This document shows, piece after piece, positions 1-19,215 of a stretch of DNA of 64,000 nt. The position numbers and the translations under genes are program-made. Source of the DNA: the human T2T-CHM13v2.0 reference genome, Homo sapiens; assembly GCF_009914755.1 (NCBI RefSeq), contig NC_060926.1; one strand, given 5' to 3'. The notes beneath the pieces were generated by a model that was not told the origin of the DNA, made no database searches, and saw nothing but the letters and a program-made list of their open reading frames with translations. Each line of letters opens with the position of its first letter. Positions within the stretch are counted from its first letter, which is position 1.

Positions 1-472
<472 letters not shown>

Positions 473-1234
473 TTATTATTTTAACAGATTTTTAAATTTT
501 AACATACCTACTTCCAGAAATAATTTTAGGCTTGGCTTGCAAGCCCCTTGAGTGGCTGGAGTTCAAGTGGTATTCACTGCTGGTTTTCTCCTAGTCCTTG
601 ACTCCCCAGTGGCCTGGCATGGGCGCTGTTGAGAGAGGGGCACTTTTGAAGTGGCCCGTGGAGCTCAAGGCAGGGCTGAACCCTCTGCCTGCTCCGCTTC
701 AGGCCTCTGGCCCCTGGATGCTGAGCTGCTGCTGCTTCCTGTCAACACAGACTCTTCTGTGGATGCTACAGCAGCCAGACCTCCCTGGCACCCCCCACAC
801 CTAGAACGATATGTTCAGAACATAAAAGAATATAGTCATTAGTAGAGGTGAAAACAGGTTCTTAGAGTGAAGTGTGTTCCTCAGGAAATCAGCTTCACTC
901 CCCAGCACCTGGCTTCCCTGGTTCTTTCTGGATGAAGAAAGACCTTTACCCTACACGTTGGAAGTATAGGTGAGCATCTCTTAATTAAAGCTACCATTTG
1001 AGAGGAATATAGCAAATCCTCAATACCTAACTAGCAGAACAGTGAGACTCTTTTGTGAAGTTCACACATGACCAGATGATGTGATGATACAGGGTAAGGC
1101 CAACAGGCCCTGTGCCTTGAAGCTTCTTTGCATATCGGTCCCTCCAGAGGTGGCTGCTGTACACTTTCCGCAACTGGTTTGCCATCGCATTTCAGCTCCA
1201 GCTGCATCTGAGAACACTCAAATGTCTCTTTAGG

Positions 1235-2340
<1,106 letters not shown>

Positions 2341-3647
2341 GTCTTCAGGTCTATTTTTATATAACTTCAAAGACCTTGAAACTTTCTGATTGTCACAAGC
2401 ATATCTTTTCTGCTCATCCAGTCAACAGCTGTGTCCCCCACTATGGTAGATTTCCCAAATGAAAAATGCCTGGGTTGAATGAAGAAGAGTGGGGAAAAAA
2501 TTTAGAAAGAAAAATAAAAAAAATATGTAGAACTGAGGTTCAGCAAAATATGCTAATTGTTAGTGGAACTCAAAAAATAGTGAGTTTCCCCAAGCAGTTT
2601 TATGTGTATAGTTCAGTAGTGTTACGTATGTTTACATTGTTGTGAGATATAAGAAGCGTGTGTGTCTACAAGTTACTATTGATGGTGTACACATTTTCTC
2701 ATCTTGTTGATTCTGCTTTGATCATGGTTTATAGAACATCACTAATATTTTGTGACTGTAAGTTATAATAGCAGATTCTTTTATGTGTGGGTATTATTTT
2801 AAGCTCAGGGACCATTTCCAGGTACAGAATGTGATTCATGAGTTAGGAAGAATGATAGATGTGATTGTAATGACATAGCAAAGGTTTGTGGTTTCAGGTC
2901 TACAAATATAGACCTTAGAACAAACTGTAGATGGGCCATTTGACTTGTGGACTCTGCCAAGCCACATTGATAAAATAACTTTTCTTTAAGCCATAACGTT
3001 TCACAAGAGTCTGCGCTCACCTCATCCACACAGTCAGAGAGCTCTTGGTCACCGCACTTCTCATGGCAAGGCCCCCTCAGGAATGGGCACTGGGTTTGCT
3101 TGGGACCTTGGCAGAGGCAAGCATGGGGCTGAGCCTGGCCCCACAGCACTGCCCCTTGGAGGATCCCTTCACCTTTGTGGCAGTCATTAACAAGCATGCA
3201 GGTCTCTGGTCAGCTTCCCCAAATTCTTCCAAGGGGTGCCTGCATTCAGCTGCTTGTGCTTTGTTTTGGCAACCCTCACCCACAGGCGCTAACACACTGT
3301 CCCTCGCCTGTGTCCGGGAGGAACAGAAGAGCCAGCCTTGAGGAGGTAGATGCTCATTGTAGGGCTTATTTGAAAAATTCTGAGTTTACTTGAAATGTAA
3401 CTGGCACCTTCCAGCGTAAGGCAGTATTCAGAGACAGTTCTTGATTACATGACATAGTGAAATTTTTGTAATATTCAGATTTGAGGATTCCTTACCAATC
3501 AACATCTTTGACTTATGTGTAACCAAACACTGTTACATTATTTGTTCTCTATACATTTCCATTTTATGTTAGAAAATTTGCTTATAAACAGATAAAACAA
3601 GTAATTTTTAAAAATGACAATTATGCAGGAAAATTATCTGTAAACGT

Positions 3648-4259
<612 letters not shown>

Positions 4260-5121
4260 ATAAACTCATTTTTAGAAGTATAAAAGAACAATGGCCAATA
4301 ATGGTGGTAAATAACAATGGTATTGGGTGGGGAAGTGGGGATTCTGTAGAAAATCCAATCTCAGAAACGCTGTTGCAGTTGAGCGTAAAATGTAAGTACA
4401 AATATCTTGGGCATTCGATACAAAAAGAACAGTAGCAACTGCATTGTTTTGGACTCTTAAGAAGTTCTTTGACTTCTGCCTGATACTTAAATCCACAAAA
4501 TTATGCCACAGATATTTGTGACAGGTGAGTTATCTTCCTTGTGAGACAGGTGACATGATAATTGCCACCTCCTTTCTCCAGAATTCTTTGAACTAGTGCA
4601 TGCTGAATCATGATGCTGTCATTGTCCCAGGTGGACTCACACAGCTCTGTGGTCAAACGGCACTGAGCCGGTGCTCCTTCCTCCATCTCCAGCCTTCTCT
4701 GTCGCTGCAGCTGCAGCTGGCAGGCGTGGACAGTCACCTTATGGTATAATGGGGTCTGTGGTGGCTTCCTTCAGCTCCATATCAGCCTGGTGTGCTTCTA
4801 GCAATGGGGCAAGTGGCAGCTCTATCTCCTAGGCCCAGGATTGACTGGGTCAGTGTGTGTGGGCTCCCAGCCACTCCAGGATGTGGAGCCATGCTGTCAG
4901 CAACCTTCCATGCCTGTGAGGTTTGTTCCTGGGAGGCCTGGCTAGACTTGGTCTGGATAGCTTTTGTCAGTTGCACGCTGTGGGTCAGCAGGTCCAAAGG
5001 GTGACTTCAGTATATTTACGTGTCCAAGAGTTCTCTGGCCCCAAGTCTTTGTTCTGTGCCTGATTCTTTCCATTTCAAAGACCTTAAATGTTTTGTGTGT
5101 TCTTTATAGTGCCCAGATTAG

Positions 5122-5595
<474 letters not shown>

Positions 5596-5844
5596 TAATG
5601 CTTACGAGGTACAGGCATCCTCTCTCCTGGTGAGTGATTTTCTACTGTATTCCCAGCAGTTTATATTCTAATTTCTATGGAGATTTAATAATTTCTGTAA
5701 TCAAAGCTATATTCCTAAATACCTCAAGTTTTTGAAACCTCATCAAAATAAAGTTTATTTGGCAACTTAGTATGTAGGCGTGTATGTCTAAGAGAACATA
5801 TATTTCAGCTGCATATTAGACCCTATATTAGAACATAAATTTAT

Positions 5845-5976
5845 TTACTTATTTATTGTAGAGAAAGGGTCTTGCTATGTTGCCCAGGCTGGTCTTGAAC
5901 TCCTGGGCTCAAACAGTCGTCTCACCTTGGCCTCCCAAAGTGCTGGGATTACAGGCGTGAGCCACTGTGTCTGGCC
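5845..5976 (-). mobile_element. Alu monomer (FLAM-like)
   Basis: Single left-arm match. Confidence 0.85.
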
Positions 5977-7126
5977 AGAACACACATTTAAACTTAGGTA
6001 GTGGAAAAGAGTACGTCTCTTTGTGGAAAGCCCTTTTGAGTGATAGGTTGAATTTAGCATCTGTAGTCCTTTCCCAGATGGGGCTGGAGATGGGAAGAGA
6101 GGAGAAGGCTGAAATGTGAAGCTGCTGCGGTGGCTGAGCTTTGAGTGCAGAGTAAATGACAGAAGGGCAGCAGAGGCAAGCTGGCATTTGACCCCGTGCA
6201 TTAATGACTGCCCTATGGACCAAGGTGAACACATGAGAATGTCAGAACACCAACGGTGGGGACAGTGGTGGAGGGAGCAGCAGGACCATACATTGTGGTA
6301 GCCGTTGTTGGAAGGCTCTTCCTCAGGTTATCACTCTTGCAGGGAAGATCACAGGAGATTTTCATTTTCTGTTTGTATTTCTGTTTAAGTCTGGGGGTCA
6401 AAAGAGGGCTCATGGTATAGGTCAACTGAGATGTGTTTGTAAGAACAGGCTTAGTCTATGTACGAGACTGTGAAGGCCATGATTAGTAGAGCCAGTGTGG
6501 GAGCAAAGCCCCACATTCACCTCCTCTGGTTTTCTCATTGAGGGCCAAGAGGAGATAGAAGCCCCGAGAGGGGAACTGACTTGCCTGGGATCCACATGGA
6601 GTAGTGACACAGAGCGAGCCCAGGCCTTAGCACAAGAAAGGAAAGGAGTGACTTGGAAGCTTTTGTTTCCAACACCATAAAGAAATGCCTGTTAATCTTT
6701 AGAAACCGCTCCTGCTGGAGGCATGGTAATGCAGACAGATACTTATTTATATCTGAAAAGTAGAAGCAATGTGTCTAGGTAATAATGGGGAAGCTAGTTA
6801 AATAAATGTGATAGACAACATGAGGTTTTGTCCTGCCATTAAAAATGTTTATGAAGAATTTTAAGGACATGAGAAAATGGCAATAATAAAGTTAAAAAGC
6901 AGCATATTGAACTGTATATATAGTTGTCTGATCTTCCTGACATAGTCTCATTAAGGGGGAAATTTAGGGTGGATGGTAGAATTCTAGAGACAATGCACCT
7001 GCCAGGTTAGATAGGGGATGCCAGCGACACGACTGGGACAGAAGGAGCCTCAGAGAGAGGATGGGGTGAGCAGATAGACTGGGCATTGATCTGGAGACCT
7101 CAAACAAGTGTTTTCCCTTCTTCTAG

Positions 7127-7297
<171 letters not shown>

Positions 7298-7789
7298 TAA
7301 CTCTTGTGTCAGATCCTGGGTGACATTGTGGTTTTACCTTCTGTATGCTGGGGGCTTCTGAATGATGCTTTAAAAAAACTAAAATTTGCTTACATTAGTA
7401 TTATTTTTAGTTATAACCATAATTTGTTTAGTCAGTCTCCTATTGGATGGTTAGTTAGGTTTGGTTTTTGCCATCCTATACTAGCAGTGGTTTGCAACTT
7501 CTACATACATTAAATCTGGAAGAGTTATAGTAATTAACACTTTGTAATAGCAAAAACTAGGAACAACCCAATTGTACACCAACAGGAGCATGCATAAATA
7601 CATTGTATTATATTCACACAATGGAATATTATACATCAATGAGAATGAATGAACTAAATTACACATTGATGAAATCTTAAGCCAGATACAAGAGAGGACA
7701 TGCTATGTGATTCCCTTTGTATATACATCAAAGCAAACAAAAGTAGTTTTTAGGCATATGTGTACCAGTGTTAAAATGTTACAGAAAGT

Positions 7790-8073
7790 TGGCTGAGCAC
7801 GGTGGCTTACACGTGTAATCCCAGCACTTTGGGAGGCCGAGGTGGGTGCATCACTTGAGGCCAGGAGTTTGAGACCAGCCTGGCCAACATGGGGAGACCC
7901 CGTCTCTACTAAAAGTACAAAAATTAGCCGGGTGTGTAATTCCAGCTACTCAGGAGGCTGAGGCAGAACAGTTGCTCAAACCCGGGAGGTGAAGGTTGCA
8001 GTGAACCAGGAGTGCCACTGCACTCCATCCTGGGCAACAGAGTGAGACCTTGTCTCAAAAAAAAAAAAAAAAA
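7790..8073 (+). mobile_element. AluS with a small internal deletion
   Basis: Alu consensus with TSD ttacagaaag. Confidence 0.9.
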
Positions 8074-8172
8074 TTACAGAAAGCAAGGATTCTCACCTGC
8101 TCGAATGGCAACCTAACAATTTTTACATTATCACACACAGAATTGACTTTTTCAGGATGTATAGTCCTATGA

Positions 8173-8523
<351 letters not shown>

Positions 8524-9177
8524 CACTCTCACTCAACAGCAACTGATGCAATTCTTCCAAATCCCAGTACATTTCAGCATCCCATTCAGTTGTAATTCTG
8601 TAAAACAACTTTCATCCCTCCTGAATAGTAACTGCTAAACTGAAGGTTACTTAGTTGACCGCTTTCATTAAAGCAGGCCTTTTGTAGAGTAGCCCAAGTT
8701 GAAATTTTTGCTGTTTTTTCTTGATCATTCTAGATTTAGTTTTACCTACTTCCTCTCCCAGAAGGTTGAAGAAAAAAGTGGTTAAGAAGGTGATTAAATC
8801 TGGAAGGGTTCAGATGTCTTCGAGGATAAAACAAAGAAAATAATAAAAATAAATTTTAAAAAATTAAAAATTAAATTAAAAAATTTCTAAAAATAAATAT
8901 TCTTGGAAGGAGATGGTAGATTTTCTCACAGTGAGACTTCTGTTCCTAAGTATTCTGTTCGTGAATATTCTGGCATAGTGGCATAGATAAAGCTTGGATC
9001 CAGGTGGCAGTAGAGCTGGCAGAATCGGGGATGGGGCCTAGCAGAGGCTGCAGCTGGCAGCTTGACTCACTCAGATTTGGTGTTCCAAGGTGGAGTTCAG
9101 CTTCTGGTGGTTTAAGGAATTTAATGACCTTCCGTATTCATGGAGATTCATTTTATTCCATTTTTTTCTTTTGTTAG

Positions 9178-9540
<363 letters not shown>

Positions 9541-9544
9541 ATAA

Positions 9545-10800
9545 AGTCTAAATTTAATCTTTATTTTCTTCCAGAACATTCAAGGAACTCAGAATGCATT
9601 AACTTCATTCATCCCCTTCACAATTTATGTCCTTTTTTTTTTTGTCAAGTATCTTAGTTATATATTTTAAATGTACAAATTAAGAAGTTTTACTATTTTA
9701 TGCAATCAGTGTGTGTAGATTTTCCCTTATAGCTACCAGTATTTTTGTTCATCATTCCATCTTGTGTTAAAGACCTCTTCCATCTGGGATAGTCGTCTCC
9801 TCTTATTTAAGTACATGTCTTTAAAACCCCCTTTCCTTGAAGATCTCTTCTTTCAGTTCTTGTTTGACTGCAGTGTCTTTATTGCTTTCTCAGATAGGAT
9901 TAGAATACTAGGTTTACAGTTATTGTCTCTTACTACATTGAAGATACAAATCCTAGCTAGATTGCATCATTTCCTAGCTCGCATTGCTGCTATTTTGAAG
10001 TTGGCTGTCAGTCTAATTGCCGTTCCTTTGAAGGTGATCAATCTCTTTTATCTGGCCTCTGGGTTTGTATCATTTCCCTACAGTGTTTCTAGGGATAGAT
10101 TTCTATTTTTACTTGAGATTTGTTGGGTTTCCTGGATGTGAAGTTTTGTGTCTTTCAACAACTCTGAAAAATTCTCAATTAGTATCTCTTTGTATAGTAT
10201 CATTCTCTTTATTATCTCCTAGATATCTGACTAAATGTATATTAGACCTATTATATTCTCCATGTCTTTTTTTTTCATTAAAAAAATTGTAAAATACACA
10301 TAACATAAAATTTACCATTTTGACTTTTCTTTTTAGTATTAAAGAGATGGGGTCTCACTCTATCCCCCAGGCTGGAGTGCATGATTATAGCTCACTACAG
10401 CCTTGACCTCCTGGGCTCAAGTGATCTTCCCACTTCAGCCTCCCGAGTAGCTAGACTATAGGCGTGCGCCACCACCATTTTGACCATTTCTGAGGGTTCA
10501 GCTGAGTAGTGCTAAGAACGTGCAAATCATTGTGCTCGCCATACCTTTTAACATCTTATGTTTCCTTCTCTTAATCTCTCTGGCTGTATTCTGGGTGATC
10601 TCTTCACATCTGCCTTCCAGTTCACAAACTCACCCTCCAGCTATGTTTAGTCTGTTCTTTAACCTTTTCATTGAATTTGTAATTTCAGTTAACTCTTTTT
10701 TTTTCAGAAGTTTATTTTTTTGTTGTTTATTGAAATTGCTGGGACATTTTTATAGTCTCTCATTCCTTCCTGTCTTTTATTTCTTTAACACATTAAAACT
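9545..10800 (-). mobile_element. Old L1M fragments with an Alu right-arm piece (~10330-10476)
   Basis: T-rich decayed L1 antisense texture. Confidence 0.55.
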
Positions 10801-10803
10801 TTA

Positions 10804-11110
10804 GGCCAGGTGCAGTGGCTTACAGCTCTAATCCTAGCACTTTGGGAGGCCAAGGTGGGCGGATCACCTGAGGTCAGGAGTTCCAGACCAGCCTGGCCAA
10901 CATGGTGAAACCCTGTCTCTACTAAAAATACAAAAATTAGCTGGGCATGGTGGCTAATGCCTGTAATCCCAGCTACTCCGGAGGCTGAGGCAGGAAAATC
11001 TCTTGAACCCGGGAGGCGGAGGTTGGAGCAAGTCGAGATCACACCACTGCGCTCCAGTTTGGGCAACAGAGCGAGACTCCATCTCAAAAAAAAAAAAAAA
11101 AAAAAAAAAA
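10804..11110 (+). mobile_element. AluS
   Basis: Full dimer with a long poly(A). Confidence 0.93.
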
Positions 11111-11509
11111 TTCCTTGGCTTCCTAGCTCTAATTTTCCTCCTGTCTCTGACCTCCTGTTCATTTAACAAATCGACCCACCACGCCCAGCTTGGAAATGTT
11201 CTTATTCTCAGAGTTGAAAGCACAGAAAAAATAAGAATGGTCAAGAAAAAAATAGGTGACTCATGTCCAAAGAGGCTTTATTTCAGTCTCATCCCTGTCA
11301 TTAGCAGAGCATCATAAAGTAAGTAATTACATTGAAAACACATATTTGTTGGTAATACAAAATAGTAATCAACAACAGAGCAATCTAACTGGAAGTCTGT
11401 ATGTCCCAAGCATTTTGTTTTGTTTGTTTTTTGAGACATAGCAGTCCTTTCCTGAGATTCTTCTCTGTGTGGTTGAGCGTAGACCACCTTGAGTTGTAGC
11501 ACCTGGGTG

Positions 11510-12368
<859 letters not shown>

Positions 12369-13217
12369 CTAGAAATCAGATGACATGCTGGCTAGAATGA
12401 TTGGGTGGGGGTGGGAGGCATGGAGGAGGGTACAGAGCTGGAGAGGCAGAGACAGTGGGGAAGGATGGAAAGGTCTGAGGGCCATGGGGCAGCATCTAAG
12501 AGGATGGTGGGTATGAATTTTTAGTGGCTTCGCTGCATTTTTGTGGAACTTCTTGGTTTGGGTGGAAGATATTTCTGTATAAAGAGTATAAGGAAAATTG
12601 TCCTGAGACAAAGATTGTTACTTGTTATGTTTTTTCTTATTTAAGTCATTAATTTTTTCTTCTTGATGAGCATTATTTGAGATAAATAATTTGTTTTTAA
12701 AGGACAAATCATGCTAAGACTATATCATAATTCTTGACATGGTGGGGTATTTGTGGCAGAAAATAGCTTCTGTCCTTTTTTCTTATCTAGACGAGGTTTG
12801 TGGAAATGAGTCCCTTTCTTGGGGAGACTCTCAGTAACTTAGTGATAATTGTTTATGTTACGCCTCCCAGTGCTGTGCGTGCCTAGACTGTACTGAACTA
12901 TTTTTGGTATGCAGCCTAATAAGGTTCCTTGTCACGACTGTGTTTAAATCACATGAAATACTCAAATCATGTTCAGGGTTATTTTTTCCCTGTTTATGAA
13001 AGAACTCTATTTTTTCTTCCTACTGTGGGCACTTGAATCTTCTGTAAATGAGTTGGTCAGATGTCCTAAGACCTGTTTTTCACAGCCTCACGTCACTGGC
13101 ATTTTGGTTTTGGTTTCAATCACTGTGCAGGGTTTTTTAGCCTAATGACCTCAACTTGATGATGCTATTGGTACTTAGTAATCTAATGTTTGTATTTTTG
13201 TTCCCTTTTTTCTTTAG

Positions 13218-13319
<102 letters not shown>

Positions 13320-13669
13320 TGAAGCAAATAGAGACCACCTATGGTTTTAGAGCAGATTTTATTTAGAGTTGCACGCTGGCTTAGGTTTATTGAGGTTGCC
13401 TCATTAAATCGGGATAATTAATAGTGTTGCTTTCATATTTACAAGGTCAATGAATCATTAATGGCAGGGCCTATAGAGATCAACTTCTATATCATTGGAT
13501 CTCTGAGACTTTCTTTTTGGCAAGGTCTTATTTTGATGTCACGTGGCTAGAAGTTGTCTTGGTAGAAAAGAAAGTTTACCTTCTTGTAAAAGAATTCCTT
13601 GGGATAATTGTCCCTTTGCAGAATGTCACTTAACCACTTTTAAGCCCTTCAGGCCATGGCATATGGATC

Positions 13670-13934
13670 GGGTGACCATCTAACTTGTCATTCAAATTGG
13701 GACTTCTTTTTAAATAACTTTATTGAGGTGTAAATTTACATACCATAAAATCTACCCATGGTAAGTGTACAATTTAATGCTTTTTGGCAAACGTACAGAG
13801 CTGTGCAGTATCACCACAGTCCAGTTCAAACTGGGACACTTTTGAAAGTAAAAAGGGGCACTAACTGGACAAAGTACCAGGGTGACAGGTGTAAATAGAG
13901 CCTGTTTCAGAAAGAGCAGAACGTTAGGTCACCC
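13670..13934. mobile_element. MER81-like hAT-Blackjack DNA transposon interrupted by an L1 3' fragment
   Basis: Terminal inverted repeats GGGTGACC...GGTCACCC. The internal insert is flanked by ttcaaa(t/c)tgggac. Confidence 0.75.
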
Positions 13935-14476
13935 AACCCATGGAAGACTAATTTCCCAAAGGTTATTAGTTTTTAAAGACAAGTATCTCCTTTTACTTGG
14001 AATAAAAATGTATCCAAAGTTATTTCATAACAAGAACATAATGTTTTGAATGGTAAAATTGGTCACTGTTTAGTTTAATTTCATGAAAAATTTAGGCTAC
14101 TTTGCTGCGTAATACCTTCTGCTTCCTTTCTAACTCCAAAGCATTTGACTTTCTTGACCTAATTGAGGTTTTATTTGTCACTAGGATTCCATGCCACATT
14201 TCTACTTGAGCTTCCTAAGCCTTCCCTGTTGCCTGTATTCAAATTCCTTAGCCTGGCCTGAGCCAAACGGACTGATCTACAGCTCTCGTCTCTGCCTTTA
14301 TATCCTTAAGGCTTTTGTTTAAATTCTTCTGTTTGCCTACATACCACGATGTTTGCATATCCAAACCTTTTCCTTCCTAGAGTTCCATATACAGTGATTT
14401 TCAGTGAAACTAGAACTTTTCCAACTTGACTTATAATTATTTGAATACGCTTTAAAAAAGCATTTCTCAGCTTAAT

Positions 14477-14543
14477 TTTTTTTTTTCTTGATACTGCTCC
14501 TTGTGGAACAGGGCTACCCCATAGGCAGTGTGCCCAGAGTAGC
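14477..14543 (-). mobile_element. Very short poly(A)-tailed retroposed fragment, ERV1-LTR-like (family uncertain)
   Basis: Poly(T) followed by a ~55-nt body, flanked by the 11-nt direct repeat ctcagcttaat at 14466-14476 and 14543-14553. Confidence 0.7.
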
Positions 14544-14623
14544 TCAGCTTAATAATTATGGGTGCCAATATGTTAAGAATCTAATCAAAATGATTTACAT
14601 GGTAAATTATATTAGTTATATTA

Positions 14624-14965
<342 letters not shown>

Positions 14966-15749
14966 TCATAGTACCTATTTTATAGGAAGAGTATGAAGAT
15001 TGAGTTAATACATATAACTTGTATGAAACAGTCCAGTATATAGTAAGTGCTTGATAACTGTTAGCTGTTGGCATTAGAATTTTTAAGTACTTGTCACCTT
15101 TCATCCTGTTCCACATGCTTTGAAGCATATGCTGAAATATAGCAGGTAACTATAAATAACATTCTAATATTTTCCTTGTTACATGAAAATACTTGTAGTT
15201 CAGTTCAATACATTAAGCTTCTACTATGAGTCAAATATTGTTCTAGGATTTAGGGATATAAAGAAAAGGCCAAGATGTAATTCTCTTAGCCAAACTGGAG
15301 CTTTGAACAATAAAATAGGAGTCTGTGAGGCAAACAGAGGAGGGATGGGAATTACAGGTAGAGGGAACAGCCTGTGCAAAGGCACTGAGACAGTGCCTGG
15401 GAAACTGAAATAATTTAATATTACTGGAGCAGAGTATTGGCATAGACAAACTCAGAGACTAGGCAGGGCCTAGGTCATAAAGGTTTATGCCAAGTCCTAT
15501 AAGGAATAAGGAGCCTTTGAAGCATTTTAAGTAAGAGAATAACAGTTGTATTTGCAAAAAATAACTTTTTACTTCCTGATTATAAAATCAACTATATTCC
15601 TTATAGAAAATTTGGAAAGTACAGAAAGGTTTTTAATACAGACATACACCCAAATTGTAATAAAGGTAGGTACATGTATGTGTGTGTATATTTCTATGCA
15701 TTTTTATCAAAGGAAGAGAACATCTTCCCATATCATTAAATAGCCTTCA

Positions 15750-16700
<951 letters not shown>

Positions 16701-17263
16701 AAAATACTAAGGAAAAGTTTAAGACAAATTAAGGGAAAAGAAACATGTTAAGTAACTGTCTTCAGTCATGCAGCCAGACGTGTGGGAACTGAGATTTGAA
16801 CCCAGGCAGTCTGGCTCCAGAGTCTGTGGTCTTAGCAATACTGTGCTATGCTGTTTTCACCTCAATATCAATTTCCTTAGGATAAAGCTTTGAATTGAAG
16901 TTAGAGTTGAATTATGTATAAAATCAGATTTGCATTTTTAGTTGGCTTGGTAGCAGTGGGGAAGGCCTTTGGAAGGGGATAGGAAGGGGATAGGAGGCTG
17001 TTGAAATAGTGCAAGACTTGAATTCAGACAGTGATAATTGAAATGGGGAGAAGAGGACTTGCCTTCTTCTGAAATGGGAGTGGGTCAGGCCAGTATGGAG
17101 AAGTTGCTTAGCTATTTACAGCAACAGTTGGAGCTGGCCCTCCCGGCTCCGAGAATTCTGTTTCATCATGCTGAGGTGCTTTCTCACATTGGCCACAGGA
17201 TGTCCGATACCCCAAGTACCGTTCCCTGAATGCCTGTTTTCCTGAACTTCTTTTTCATCCCAG

Positions 17264-17288
17264 AAGGAGAATGGACAAAGTAACAAAG
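17264..17288 (+). CDS. ARMC9: ARMC9 25-nt microexon (phase 0-1)
   Basis: catcccag|AAGGAGAATGGACAAAGTAACAAAG|gtaaat. Encodes KENGQSNK plus the first base of E, and is required to keep frame with the next exon. Confidence 0.92.
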
Positions 17289-18699
17289 GTAAATCATCTA
17301 GATTTAAATTTGTCTAAGAACAACTTTGCCAGTTCAGGTTTGAAGTAGTAAGATCGGTGCAAAGATGGAGAGAATTCATGATTTTGGCTTTAAGAGTCTA
17401 AATATTTATGAAAGGCTTTGCAGTCATAGTGACCTGCAGTTCCTTGAGGCCCATTTTCGGGAGGGCTGGTATTGTTAGCTTCGTCTTGCATGTCAGGTAG
17501 CTAAGCCTTGGAGAAATGAAGAGAATCCAATAACATCCCAAAGGGAGGTAACTGCAGCAGCAGCACATTTTCCCTAGAAGGTGTAGGGCAGCATGGGTAA
17601 GGATAGAGTTCTTTTAATTTAATTTATTTTAATTATTTTAATATTTAACTTTTACCTTGAACTAGTCAACTGGGGTCTTCGAAGACATATGGAGTACCCA
17701 TTCTTATCAAGCATTTTCCATTCCCAAGTAGGAATTCCAGTCTTCAGTTTGTAGCATGAAGTGTTATTTTTCCATGGTCAATTGTTTTTACCAGAACTGT
17801 TCACTTTTGAGTAAGGTGAGAAAAAGTGTAGTTAATATGAAGTTGGTGGCCCCAGTTGGGGCGCTGTACCTCAGTTTTGCCTTTGATACTACGTTTTGAC
17901 AGCTGCTTAAATGATGATGCTGGAAAGGGCCTGTGATGCATGTCATCCCTCTGGTGAGTATTGATGGCATAACCCTCAGTTCCCAGTAGGTGGAGTGTGA
18001 CTACAGGAGATCTTGTTCCATGCGCCAGCACATTTGCCCTTTCAAAGCAGAGTCATGCCAGAGAGGATTTCAGAACTCCCTGCCATTGCTTTTTCCTGTT
18101 TCTTTTTAGGGAGTGAAACTCTTTTAAAGAAAGGAAGCATTAATTAGTAAATTATTTAGCTGTTTGCTCACCAGGGAGTTGGCAGATAAGCAATGGGGTT
18201 TGTCAACCTCAGGGAGAGCTTGGGTTTGGGTTTGTCACTCAAGATGGCTTTGGCAGCGTCAGCCTTTGAGAAGGCTTCGGATGCTTGGTTTTGCTCTTGG
18301 TAGCCTCAAGCATCCCCAGCTCAGCTGTTCTAAGTGTGTGACTGGTTCTGCCAGCCATGCTGACCCTTCTGTCGCTCAGAGGGGACAGGCCCTGCTGGCC
18401 CTTCATGGAGGAGCAGGGCTACAGATACGGCCCCATGGGATCAACCTGGACTGCTCCAAGGGTCGCAGGAGCACCCTGAGTCTTGGAGCTCCCCAAGGTT
18501 GCCCTACCCCCAGTACAGTATGTGGAGGAAGACTCCCAGCCTGCATCCTCAGCTCTGCAGGCCCGCTCTCTCAGTGCTAGCCTAGGCCCAGGCCTGGCCA
18601 CGGTGCGTCCCGGGCCAGTTTGCTCACATCCAACACAGCTGGCATCTTCAACTGGACTGGGACTTTGGATCTTGCCCTGCAGCTCCTGGAAATACACCT

Positions 18700-19215
18700 C
18701 AGCCCACTGTTCCATTGCTGCCTGACAGACCATCCCGACTTGGTGGCACAAAACAATGACATTCACTTATAATGGTGATGATGAGCCTGCATGGTCTGGG
18801 AGCTGTGGGCTCAGTTAAGCTGTTCTCCCTCAGCGTGTCTCTCAGGTGCAGTCAGGCGGAGCGGCCTGGGGCCAACTCCAAGGCACTCACACGCAGAGTG
18901 GTGGTCGGTGCTGGCTGTCACGTGGGGTCTCAGCAGAGGCCCTTGACGAGAACACCTGCGTGGCCTTGTGGTCTGGGCTTCCTCCAGGCATGTTGCCTGG
19001 TTTCCAAGGGTGAATGTCCCCAGAGAGAGCCAGGAGGAAGCTGTATCACTTTTTCTAACCTAGCCTCTGAAGTCAGTCAGTCATTTCTGCTGCATTCTGT
19101 TTCTTGCAAGTGAATTCCTAAGGCCCCCTCACCTTCAGAGAAAGGAAATTACATTCCTCTTCTTGATGGGAAGGAGGGTGTGTCAAAGACTACAGGCATT
19201 TTAAAACCACCACCA
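18700..19215. mobile_element. MLT1-family LTR
   Basis: ccattgctgc..., ggaagctgtatcactttttctaacctagcctctgaagtc, and end ttttaaaaccaccac. Confidence 0.7.

Noticed and set aside
4512-4530. Strong donor cag|gtgagt with a nearby AG, a possible cryptic microexon
   Set aside because: The pyrimidine tract is poor, it is not needed for the ARMC9 frame, and such motifs are common by chance.
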